The notes beneath the pieces are model-generated. The model made no database searches and was not told the DNA's origin. It saw only the letters and a program-made list of their open reading frames with translations. Shown one piece after another: positions 27,352 to 38,338 of a stretch of DNA of 64,000 nucleotides. Source of the stretch: Curvularia clavata (Eukaryota); assembly GCA_023920165.1 (NCBI GenBank), contig CP089277.1, forward strand, positions 4,092,001-4,156,000. The letters run 5' to 3'. The translations under genes were made by a program, and so were the position numbers. The first letter of the stretch is position 1; the number at the start of each line of letters is the position of its first letter.

Positions 27352-28440
27352 TGTGGCCTCAGAAACGGGTAAAGGAAACACGTATGGGATGTCTAGTTGG
27401 TGGTCAGATTCACACTGAGGGTGATTGCGATGGATGCGGAGGGGACGACGCGACGTGACGCGACGCGACACCCGAACGAGTAATTGGTCCCTGCATACAT
27501 ACACTTGAGACGTGTCTCTCGGTTTGTCTCTCGGTAGGGCCAGAAAACAAAAAAAAAAGAGCTCACGTACGCAGGTGAGCTATAGATACAACAAATTATC
27601 AATGTCAACATTTGTAGAATTCTCGATATTGTTCAGGGGTTGTTCCCTTCAGCTCCAAGTTCCATTTCCATTTGCCCCACCTACGTTATCGAGTTTAGTA
27701 CAACTGAAAATGGAGCCGAGCTGAACCGCCCCTCACCCCCTCGGGCTTTTTAGGATGTTTAGCGATATCTAAAGATCGCGGGTTTCCTTTAATGATAGAG
27801 GAATTTGTATAGCTGTGTAGACCGCGATTTTCTGGCTTTACTGGTCGACTAAGAGAACGTCGGTAGCCTGTGAGCAACGCAACTATTACCCGCGTTTCGA
27901 GTCGTATGGCAAGAAAAATGTCAAAACCAAGTACATTGAGCATGATATTTACTATGTAGGTAACATTGCTAATAATCATTATGCATCTTCCTTCCATCCC
28001 CAAGCTCCAGACGCCTGTTTACTGAATCTCAGCTCAAGCGCTTCCGCAACCGGTAACATTGCGCAGCAAGTCATGAACATGAAAGCATCATGGATCGCAA
28101 GCCGTTTGATACTTCTCCATGTATCGACGGTACCACACATCCCCTCTTTTTTCCAAGTATGTGTGGGGTATTCAAACACCTGTCAGGACGCTGCTTTCAT
28201 ATGAATATGTATCGAAACGTCGTATTTCCCAATATCCCTCATCGCTGCCTGCAGTAGCGCTCAGGATTGAGAAGAAGGCATGTCGGGAACGTGGGAAGCG
28301 CGTATTTGTTGGAGATACCAAGGTTTTTGGAATCAAACCCTGGGTCAGAGACCTAGATAGTCCAACAGACAACAGCGTCGTCCCTGTCCATGGTCGCAGC
28401 CCTCCGCCTCCTTGTAGATATCAATGCCGATGTCCAGTAT

Positions 28441-31429
28441 TCAAGGCACCAAAGCAGTCGAGCGATTCTCTACTCCTGGTGTTGGCGGATCAATGGATGA
28501 AGGCGCGAGCTGCGGTATCAAGGATTTCATCATGAAGACCAAATCGACTGCCTTGAATGGCTTCTGCATCACACGATCCGCTCCTGCAGCCATGGCTGTG
28601 TCGATTTGTTCTTTTCGCACATTGGCCGTTACCGCAATTATGGGAAGTCTTATGGTCCGTCCTTGATCTAGCTCCCTCTTACGAAATTGGCGCATTGCTT
28701 CGAGGCCGTCTAGTACTGGCATTTCCAAATCCATCAACACAATGTCAAAAGTCTGTCGGTCCAAGGAATCGAGCGCTTCGAGACCATGATTCGCTACAGT
28801 GACATGGCAGCCAGCTTTCTTGAGCTGTTTGCCCAGAACTCGCTGGTTAATAATGTTGTCCTCCACTAGCAATACGCGCAATTGCCGGGATGCGAATTCC
28901 TGATTCCCGGTTTGGTGGAACACTTCCTTCAGCGTCTTGGGCTGTCGTTCTACTCTTCGCGTCTTGACATAAAATCCAAATGTGGAGCCCTCGCCCAAAA
29001 CAGAAGCGACACCGATTTCGCCTCCCTGCTTTTCGGTGAGCTCTTTCGAGATGAAGAGACCTAAACCACTGCCTCCGTAGTTTACGTGCGTCTTCACGTT
29101 TGCTTGTCGGAAGCGCTCAAATATCTTCTCAATGTCCTTCTCCTGCAACCCGATACCTGAATCTTCCACACTGAAACCCAGATATATCTCCTCGCCGTCG
29201 CCCCAATCTGGGTTGCATGTCATGTCGCTACGTTGTTCACCGTCGGTCGCCCAGAACATATCGTTAGGAAATAGAGTGCGTGGTTCAGACCTGCTTGCGC
29301 CATAGCGAATTGAGATGACCGGATTTTTGGATGGCTTGACAAATTTAATCGCATTCGTGAGCAAATTAATGAAGATCTGCGTGACCCTAGAAGGGTCGAA
29401 ACAAAGCTGGTCGATGCTTAGATCAACGAGAGATGGGTCTGGTGTTATGCTGTAAGCGATCTTGTTCGTCTTTAGCTCGGCTTCAAAAATATCGACAATG
29501 GAGTCTACGAGCTTCGCAGGTTTAACTGGGACGGGGGTAATTGACAGCAGCATGGAATCGAGTTTGCTCAGAGTAAGAATGTCGTCAATGATCCGTTTCT
29601 GGTGATTTGCACATTGCATAATAATATTAGCGCTGTGCAGATTATCCTTGAGAACATCTACACAAGGTCTGGGTATGCCAGCAATCTGTGCTTGGCATTC
29701 TTCAACGGCATTTGCAATAGCATCTGCACAATGCACAATGGCACTGAGCGGGTTCCGCATCTCGTGAGACACGACGTCAATGAAGGCCTCTTGCTGCCGT
29801 TTCGCCTCTCTGGCTTCAGCAGCCAATCGAGCCTGGAATGTCTTTGCCCAGCATAGCCGGCTGATGTCGGTAGTGCACGCCATGACACTAACCACGCTTC
29901 CGTGTTCATTACGATATGGAAACGCAAGGACTTGAATCTGGGCTGGCTCTGGATCGCCCGTCGGAGGCGTATACAACCTTTTCAAGCGCAGTTCGACGGT
30001 GACTTGGTCGACGCCCTGAAGTAGACGTTCCCAAACCTCCTCCGCTTTTGCACGGTCGTCGTCGTGATATACGTCGAAGAAGGCAAGGCTACCTGCGTGA
30101 TCCTCGGGAGGTTTGCCGGCCAATTCGTAGTAATGGTCATTTGCCCAAAGCATGTATCCATCAAGAGAGACATGACACATGCCCACAGATGCATGATCGA
30201 TGAGGTGCCGGAGCTTGAGGTCACTGAAAGCAAGATCTGCTTCAAGCTGGTCCTGGCGTTTCTTGTTTGACTCATAATCTGCTGCAGCAGTGATGATAGA
30301 CGAAACCATGCGGCTGAGGTCAAGGATGAATTGTTCACATGCTTCGTCGTGTGGACGATACGGATTCGTGCCAAAAATGAGGTAGCCAAAGAGACGCACA
30401 CCGCACATGATGGGCATGAAAACAATTTTCTTGGACGGCACGCCCCAGCCTTTCCAGTCGACAGAGGAGAAGCGGTCGTCGTAGTCAATGATATTTTGGT
30501 CTGTACCCGCTCGCCGCATATCCGGTATGAGTCCTTCTTCGCTGTCGATTGTGGCTGTTTCAACTAGGAGATGGTGTCGCTCAGGGAATCCCATATGCCC
30601 ATACAGTTTGAGCAGATTCGAGCCTGCTGATTCATCCATCTTGTACAACATAGCCATGGGCACATCGTAGCTGTTGGTTTCGAGCGTTGCGAGGATGTGA
30701 GAGCAGACGGTGTCGACAGACCGGGGAGGTACAGCTGAGAGTTTGTTGAGACATTTGGTGCGGCGCTCAGAGAGTTTCTGGGCTGTAACTTCATAACTGC
30801 AAAGCACATCAGCTCTGCGTGCATAAATCTATATATATGCGCTAAGAGTACCAAGGTAGCAGCTGCAGTGTGTCCGAAGCGACCAAAAATACTCACACAG
30901 TATTGGTGTAGCCTTGTACTGCGCCCGGCATGCCTACGGGGATGAAGCCTCCAGAAAAGAAGGCCTCTTCTCGGTAGCCATGGCGCTCGACGAGAGTGGA
31001 ATAATCAGCACTATAGTTGATACCAAAGCCAGTTGTTTTGGCCCGTTCAAAGTAGGGACTGATGGATGGCCACAGCTCCGGATAACCGTCCTGAAAGATG
31101 GATCCCATGAGACGCGGATGGGCGCCGGCAGCAAGAGGCGCGTAGCTATCATTGTAAATGGCAGTCAAATTGTTGATGTCGTCTCCCCACCAGAGGCATC
31201 CTGCACGGGAATCCACAAGCACATAAGTTGCGAACAGCCGCAGCGTCGGGCTCCAGCTGTGGAGCGGGCCCAGGCGTGTACGTGACCAGTCGGTATTGCG
31301 AAAGAAGCGGATGTAATCAGTCTGGGGCAAGGCGGCCGTCCAGTCGCATTGTTTGTCGATAGCGGTCGCAGCTGTGGTTGTGGTCGGGGAAGCGTCGATG
31401 CCCCCGTCGTCGGGCGGTGGTGTTAGCAT
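28441..31429 (-). CDS. Hybrid histidine kinase (PAS-HisKA-HATPase-receiver; group XI-like)
   Basis: DWSRTRLGPLHSWS N-terminus, PAS, H-box SHEMRNPL, N-box QIFINLLTNAIKF, G-boxes DSGIG / GGSGLGLFI, receiver LLVEDN..DIVLMDLEMP..KPF. Intron 30797-30896. Confidence 0.93.
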
Positions 31430-32188
31430 CTGCACAAGACCGGAGCAGATGAGGATATCGCAGGACAAGCGAGTTGTTGTGGCATCCTCGTGCAAGAGGT
31501 AGAGGGCTGAAGGATACTGGTCCTGCACCCATGTGATGGCTGGCCCTGACAGTCGGCGTTTCTTTCGGGCCCAAGTCGCAGCCTCTGCCGCGCATCTGCG
31601 AGGTGGGGACAGATGCGATCGAAGATGGACATGCAGCCACGCGTGCCAAGCCGGTTCCGATCGGCCGTCTCCCGTCATTCCGATATTCCGACGTTCCGAT
31701 GCAGCTCGAGTCGTCCGCGCGCCATGTATCTGCTGATGCCATGACCTTGGACGACGCCCATACACATGTAAAGTATGCTGTGCTCTGCATCTCCAGCAAC
31801 CACTGGGTTGCCATCTTCACCAACGCGCAACGAAACGCCCCCGTGTAGTGTGGCGCCATGCCCGGTGCTTAGCTTGGCCGGCTTTCCAATGACCATAAGC
31901 GATTGGTGGACCGCTGAACATCGACCGATCTTCAGCATGTCGGGCATGCAAAACAGGGGCCTCACTGGCAATCAACTTCCTGTTTTATGCCCGACAGCTC
32001 GTCTGTAGACTAAACACTGACACGGTGTCGTTGCATTTCGTACGAGTGTTGTGGATATGCACTACTGTACAAATTCGCCGCTGCCGCCTGACTCAACCTG
32101 CTCTTCAAATGGCAACCCAATATGCCCCTCTCTCCAAATCCCAATATCAGTACCCGGCCGCCAGCCTCTCTGCCTTTGTGCTTTTGTC

Positions 32189-33309
32189 TCAACCAGCAAC
32201 AACCCTGCGGTCCCGGATTGTGAGGCCATGGGGATACAGCTCCTCAAAGTCTTGGCTCGTTTCTTCACCGCTCGCTGCTTTTGCGCAGAAACAATACGGC
32301 CGCCCATTGCGATACAGGAGACGGTACTTGGTCTCATCCACCTTGCACCGCTGCACAGTGCGCATTGTCCCATCGGCTTCAATAACAAGAACCGAGTGCC
32401 ACGGTGTTGCTCCGAGTGCGCCCTTCTCTTGTTGTGGGATAACCGCCATGGACAGCTTATCCTTTCCGCCAGAGTCGTGGATGGACAGACGGACATATTG
32501 CGTAGGCACAGCAGCCATGGCAGCCGAGAAGGCCTTCCAGCGACCCATCATCTCCTTTGCTGTGTTGGCAATGTCCACCGTCTGATCCTCCGGGGAAAGC
32601 CCAATATGTTTCTCATTCAACGCCAGATCCTGTTTCAAAAACTCAAGATATTTGGCATGCGTCATCTGCATATCGCTGGTACTAGTATTGGCCATATCGG
32701 CTTCGAATTTGGGATCCCCATATTGTCTCTTGAGCTCTTTGCGAATCTCCAATGCATGGTCGAGATAATACTGCTTCGATTGGAAATCTCCAGGATACCC
32801 GAGAATATCCCACAGTCGCAGGAAGCTGAGATTGTTGAGATTGTTGTCTGCCGCTATCTTTCGAACGCCCTGTCCAAAATTCCATACGGTTTCGTCGCTC
32901 ACACCAAGCAGATCTATTCGCCATTAGCCAGGCACATACTTTGAGCCTAGTATACCAACATACCGTTGTAAACAAGACCATCCGAGGTGATGTGGCACTC
33001 GGCACCGTACTCGTACACTGCTTTGATCTTCTCACACAGCCCGTCGACATGCTTCAACGCAAGCTCCTCACCTAGGTCGGGCAAAACACCCAAGACCTTG
33101 TCCTTTGTATTCGGGGACTTGAACGGGAAACCTGGGAGCAGCATGCGCACAGGCTCTTTACGTTCAACCTGCTCTTTGACAATGGGTAGGAACGTCTCAA
33201 AGCCATCCCATTTGCCTGTCCGTTCGTAATTCAGACCATACCGCTCAATAATCCGGAGTATTTCGTTGGCTTTTGCGTCCACGCTGGGTTCGGTCGGTGT
33301 AGAAGCCAT
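32189..33309 (-). CDS. Isocyanide synthase (DIT1/PvcA family), stand-alone
   Basis: LPGFPFKSPN..KVLGVLPDLGEELAL, ITSDGLVYNDLLGVSD (intron 32914-32963), YVRLSIHDSGGKDKLS, TPWHSV. Confidence 0.9.
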
Positions 33310-34049
33310 GGTTAGTACTTGCTTTTTGCAATGTTGCATTTGGGTTGGAGTGTGGTTTCAACGAGTACTTAAGTCACGCTACAATTCAGCTCCTATGGGG
33401 GCTATGCCCAGCATAAGGCGTCCGCTGGGCACAGCTGGAAGTATGCACGACCCTGCGCATCGCATGATTTCAATAACAATATTCGTAATACAACATTTCC
33501 TGAGATGGGTCACATTCAACGACAAAATCTCTGTTTTAATTAGATCTGGTCAAAATACATGTAGAGCAGTGCTATGCTTTAATCAAACCAGACCTCATAC
33601 AACACAAACATAGGCAGGTTCCCCGCCATAACCGTCCAGGCCCTTGAGGCGTTCGGCTACTGTGCGCCATCGCCTAACTGCTGCGATGCAGGGTCGCTCT
33701 ATTTTGAGACTGCTCAGCCGCATAATAGAGATGCTTTCGGTAGCTTCTCAGCCGCAGTGGGTCTGTCGTCCAATGCCGTTAGTACGCACCTTCCCCGCCC
33801 GAGCAACATTGGTACGTACAAAATCGTGTACATAGCTGTAACAAACCTTACATTAGGGTCCCTGATATGTACACTGCAGCTGTCACTAGGGATCTGGCTG
33901 CGAAATTGTTTCTCCTTGTCCTCGACTCTTTGAAGCACTACCGCATATGAAAAGTCAGATCTCACATGCCATGCATCGTAATGTATTAGACCTCTATACC
34001 AAAAGTAAATATCGGTGCTGTTTTGCTAGAAGGAAACCGAAAACACATA

Positions 34050-35887
34050 ACGTGTTTTACAAGCGAGCGGGCCACCTCACCAACTTTGCGCACCTCTATA
34101 AGCATATAGCTCCACCACCATATAACTGTCTTGATATATATTGATATGGGAAATCAAGTTATATCTAGAGTATCTTTCTTACATGTACGCGCATTATGGC
34201 CAGTCTCTCTACACCTGCTACAGCGCGCTAAAGCCTGGCGGCTAACACCTGATCGCTCTCCTCCCTGGCGTTCTTCACAAGCAATCTGCTCATCAGCCTC
34301 ACGTTGAGCAATTATATCCTCGCCAGCTCCCTTTGTAAGCACTCCTTGCTTCTGTATACGCTTTTTTTTACGTTGTTTACGCTTTGTAGCTGCCTCATTA
34401 GCCTGTTCAAGACTGGCGATTCGATCGCGCATTAGCTCAGCCGAAAGCATCATTATCTCTGCCCCCTTCTTAAGCTGGCTAATTGCCGCAATAATTGACG
34501 CTGGTGATGAGCTTTTATGCCGTCGAACGCGTTCACTTATTAGCGTTGATTGAGCTTCAAGCTCGCGTACGTTGCTTGGCGTACAGGCCTGCCAGAGAGC
34601 TTCTGCGAGAACAGCTGGAGGAGTAGGCGTACGCAGCTGTACGTCAAGCTTTGACAGAACAGCTTCTGGCTGGAGAGGAACAAGGCCTGCGCCTCGGAAA
34701 GCTGAGCAGATATTGGCTGGCGTGAAGGATCGATCGAACGCTGCTTTAAACGCTGGCAGAAACTCGAGCTTGGTGATGTGGTTGATATGGTTGCGTATCA
34801 GGCTCTCCACCTCACGGCTATACGCGCGCTTTAATGGCGAGAAGCAGCCAACGTCAAGAGGCTGAAGCAGGTGAGACGAGTGGGGTGGCATACAGAGCGT
34901 GTAGATATTGTTCTCTTTGCAGAGCTCTTGAAACGCAAGAGAGTTATGGCTCTCATGGCCGTCAAGGATAAGCAGACGGCGCGCGCCTACAACGCGAGTC
35001 TTTGTATAGGCGTCAAAGTGCTTTAGCCACTCAACTCCTAGCTCGTTAGTCGTCCAGCCGTTATCGCTAACTGCGATCGCCCAGTCGCGTGGGATCTCTG
35101 CCTCCTCGTACCAGGCAGATAGGTGATGCTTGCCAGTAAAGATTAGAAACGGTGGGATAGACCAGCCAGCTGCGTTAATCCCAGCGATAAACGTCACCCA
35201 CTCGCGACCACCTGGCTGGATAGCCTTTGGTCGAGCTCTTCTTTCTGACGCTGTAATAACAAGCTGAGTAGTAATCTTGCCCATCATAAAGCCAGCTTCG
35301 TCGAAGTTGTAGACGTCCTCGTCACAGATGCCGTACTTGGCTTTTGTCTGCTCCACAAGCTCAAACCAGCTCTTGATTAAGACTGGATCTTCACATAGAG
35401 CTCTCTGCCTATCGTACGCTCGATTGAAACGCGTCGTAAGACTGTCTGTACGCTTGACAAAGTTGCGCGACCAGTGGACACCAACCGTGCCAGCTCCGCG
35501 CGCAGCTAGTAGTCTATCAGCCATATCGCGCACAGCTACATAGGTAGGCGAAAATCCACGTAGATCTAGATCAAGTATATGATCAACTATCACCTCCTCT
35601 TCTAGCTTGGTAAGCTTCTTTGAGTTGGGCTGGCAATCGCGTCGCGCAGGTATACCAGCGCGCCGGCGCTCAAGTGTAGTTCGGGGGACTTTATACATCA
35701 GCGCGGCATCTCTATAAGACTGAATTTGGTTTTGGCTAATAGCTGAGATTGCCAGCTGTATATCAGCTTCACGAGAAACGTTTTGGGCTTGATTTGATGG
35801 AGCCATAAATGATTGAAGTGTAAGAGGTGCGCAAAGTTGGTGAGGTGGCCCGCTCGCTTGTATGGCCCGCTCGCTTGTAAAACACGT
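34050..35887 (-). mobile_element. Complete Fot1/pogo-family (Tc1-mariner superfamily) DNA transposon, 1,838 bp
   Basis: TIRs beginning ACGTGTTTTACAAGCGAGCGGGCCA..CCTCACCAACTTTGCGCACCTCT at both ends. TA target-site duplication at 34048-34049 and 35888-35889. Encloses the transposase ORF. Confidence 0.97.
34154..35806 (-). CDS. Fot1/pogo transposase (HTH-psq, CENP-B HTH, DDE_1, CCHC knuckle), 550 aa uninterrupted
   Basis: [25 protein letters not shown] catalytic motifs; C-terminal [14 protein letters not shown]. Confidence 0.95.
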   Translation of the reverse strand: MAPSNQAQNVSREADIQLAISAISQNQIQSYRDAALMYKVPRTTLERRRAGIPARRDCQPNSKKLTKLEEEVIVDHILDLDLRGFSPTYVAVRDMADRLLAARGAGTVGVHWSRNFVKRTDSLTTRFNRAYDRQRALCEDPVLIKSWFELVEQTKAKYGICDEDVYNFDEAGFMMGKITTQLVITASERRARPKAIQPGGREWVTFIAGINAAGWSIPPFLIFTGKHHLSAWYEEAEIPRDWAIAVSDNGWTTNELGVEWLKHFDAYTKTRVVGARRLLILDGHESHNSLAFQELCKENNIYTLCMPPHSSHLLQPLDVGCFSPLKRAYSREVESLIRNHINHITKLEFLPAFKAAFDRSFTPANICSAFRGAGLVPLQPEAVLSKLDVQLRTPTPPAVLAEALWQACTPSNVRELEAQSTLISERVRRHKSSSPASIIAAISQLKKGAEIMMLSAELMRDRIASLEQANEAATKRKQRKKKRIQKQGVLTKGAGEDIIAQREADEQIACEERQGGERSGVSRQALARCSRCRETGHNARTCKKDTLDIT

Positions 35888-36568
35888 TACCTACAATAAA
35901 CCTCCACATTTTGATACGGCACCTGCAATTAACTACAACCTATGCAAACACCTTTGCGCTCCTCCTCAGACACGAACATGCGTTTGCTTAGCTGTACCTG
36001 GCTTTTCTGACGGAAGGGAGTGACAAGGAGTACGCAGTATCAGACGCTGCTGAATAGTGGCAATCGCGTTGAAATGGGGTGTTTTCCAAACTCTAGCAAA
36101 GCCCGATAGCAATTGGACCGTCGAAATTCCTGGTGTCCTGTCGACAGAGCATGAGATATGGCGTCAAATACGCTGCATCAGTTCCACGACGCAGTTTAGT
36201 AGCGAAAGCCAGCGCTTGGATATGCGAGACTTTGTCGAGTCCCGCACTACCTGAATCCCATGATCATGCTTCGAAAGATTGTCTCACCAGGCACTAGCCC
36301 TAGGTCGCAACGCGTTATCGTAGTGCAGGAGTTGGAAGATACACACCTGACATAACTTTGGGCTCTGGCCGAACCCCGGACGAGTAGACTGTACGTACTA
36401 CGTTGCCTCCTGAGTCGGCAGCCTAAGTACCCTGACTTTGAATTCCTGGAAGATAGCGAATTGTTGAACAATCTGACGAATTAGAATAATCAAGGGACGG
36501 CATTTTACATAGTACCTAGCTCTCGTGTCTCGTATACTATTGGGGAGCTGCATAATCAATTTGAGTGG

Positions 36569-38338
36569 CTAATCTCTACTTTGCGTACTCTCTATGTACT
36601 CCTTGTTAAGTATAGCTTTGTCGGACGAGGAATCCTCTAGAACGGGACTCGACACCACGATGGTAATGGGTTGATCTCCGCCGCGATGATCTTGCGATTC
36701 TCCTGCCTGACTTGCGTTGTACTTGGTGACGAAAGTCTCCACTGGTCGCAGCTCCATAAAACGATCGTCACCCACGTCATCGCCATCACATTCGAATCTC
36801 GTGAAGTTCTGTGTCGACAGTCTGTATGGGTCCTTGCCGCCGTCCTTGGTTCGTTGCTTTGATACCTTGAGCGTGTCGCCTGAGTAGTTTGAGCCAGCGC
36901 TCTTCTTATCTTCTAACGACTTGTAGCTCTTCTTTTTGCTTGATTCGTATGAACGACCACTCTGGCCATAGCTTGAGGAAGTCTGGGTCTTGTTCTTGAA
37001 ACCGTTCACAACGAATCGCATCAGCGGCTGTACTGTAGGGACTGCAGCACAGAAGTGGCCAAGGCCGCTGGCAATAAAGGTGCTTAAAGATGAGGCGACG
37101 ATTGTGTAGGTCTGATCGCTTTTATCGACAACACCCTTCAAGAAGGGGACGCGTGCAATCGAGACCCCAATGATACTGGGCAAGTCAGTAAACGCCGTGT
37201 AAGCATAAAGTGGATGGTGGAAGACTCACAGCAGACCGAGACCAAAGAAAATGAGGATCTCAATCTTCTTTGCTGTCGCCATTTGCAGCTTCAGGACGAT
37301 TGGGACGGGAAGGGCGAACAGGACGATCTCTGCAATAACCTCGTAAACGACTGACAACTTCAGGATGATTAGCCAGTCGAGGCACTTTGCCGTCTTTGCG
37401 GCTTCGAGATCCCATTGAGCTCGAACCGGAATACATCGAATAGCCGCTGTGAAAATGAGAGGAACCGTGAAGCAAGCTGAGAAGACCATGAAGGCGAAGA
37501 CAGCCCGCTTCAACCATACGTTCGGGAAGATGCGGAGATACAAGCACAATATGCTGTACTTAAGTAGCAGCATCTCGGTTGCCCAAAGGATGGTGATGAC
37601 GTAGGCTACACGATTGTCAGTGCGATATGCACGTTGTATGTGTTTGGGTGCGTACTCCACCGCCCAATGTCGAAGACACGTTGATATGTCAAGTCCCAGA
37701 GATGCTTTCCAACTCCTGCGTCGATATTGAGTACTAATGCAACCATGAGCGGAACACATAAAATCTCGAACGATCGTCAGTACAGAAGAGAGCGGCTACT
37801 GCATGCGGACTTACAGCTGACACGAGATGGACCCAATCGTCCCACCAGAAAGGGTTGCCACCAAGCCAACGCGACGCGAAACGCATAGCAACAGCGACGA
37901 CAGGTATTATACCTGTCACATATGCTGTGATCCTCATGACCTCTGTATATGAATCGTGTGGCCGATTGCAGAGATCGGCTTGTACTCGAAGGATTTCTGC
38001 GTAGAGGTCAGCGATATTCAAAATTGATACTGCAATAGACGAACCAAAAGTTTGATCGAGCGTGCATTTCTCCAGCAAGCACGGTTGCAGAATCGCGGTC
38101 GAGTTTCTAGAGTTGCACTGGCACTCAACGTCTAGAAGACCGCAGCCGATAAAAGGCAAGCCCTCTGCGATACATTCAAGCTACCCTAGTCAGCTAGATT
38201 CACGTACTTCTTTGAAAGGGCTTTTACTCCGCATTGTGGAATTTTGGCTATGGCGTCCATGGCGTCGTCTGGTGCTGCAGCCGCCATGCTGAAAGCACTT
38301 GCGCACAGCGTAATCGCGACTCCACGGTACCAAAACAT
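36569..38338 (-). CDS. CFEM-domain Pth11-like integral membrane receptor
   Basis: Signal peptide, 8-Cys CFEM (IPQCG-LECI..GCGLLDVECQC..PCLLEKC..DLC), RFASR..WWDDW, LKYSILCLYLRIFP, C-x-P..W..C, LPVPIVLKLQM..KK. Five introns. Confidence 0.9.

Noticed and set aside
32025..32944. Plus-strand ORFs (186 and 297 aa) opposite the isocyanide synthase
   Set aside because: The minus strand carries the clear DIT1/PvcA motifs; these have no coding hallmarks.
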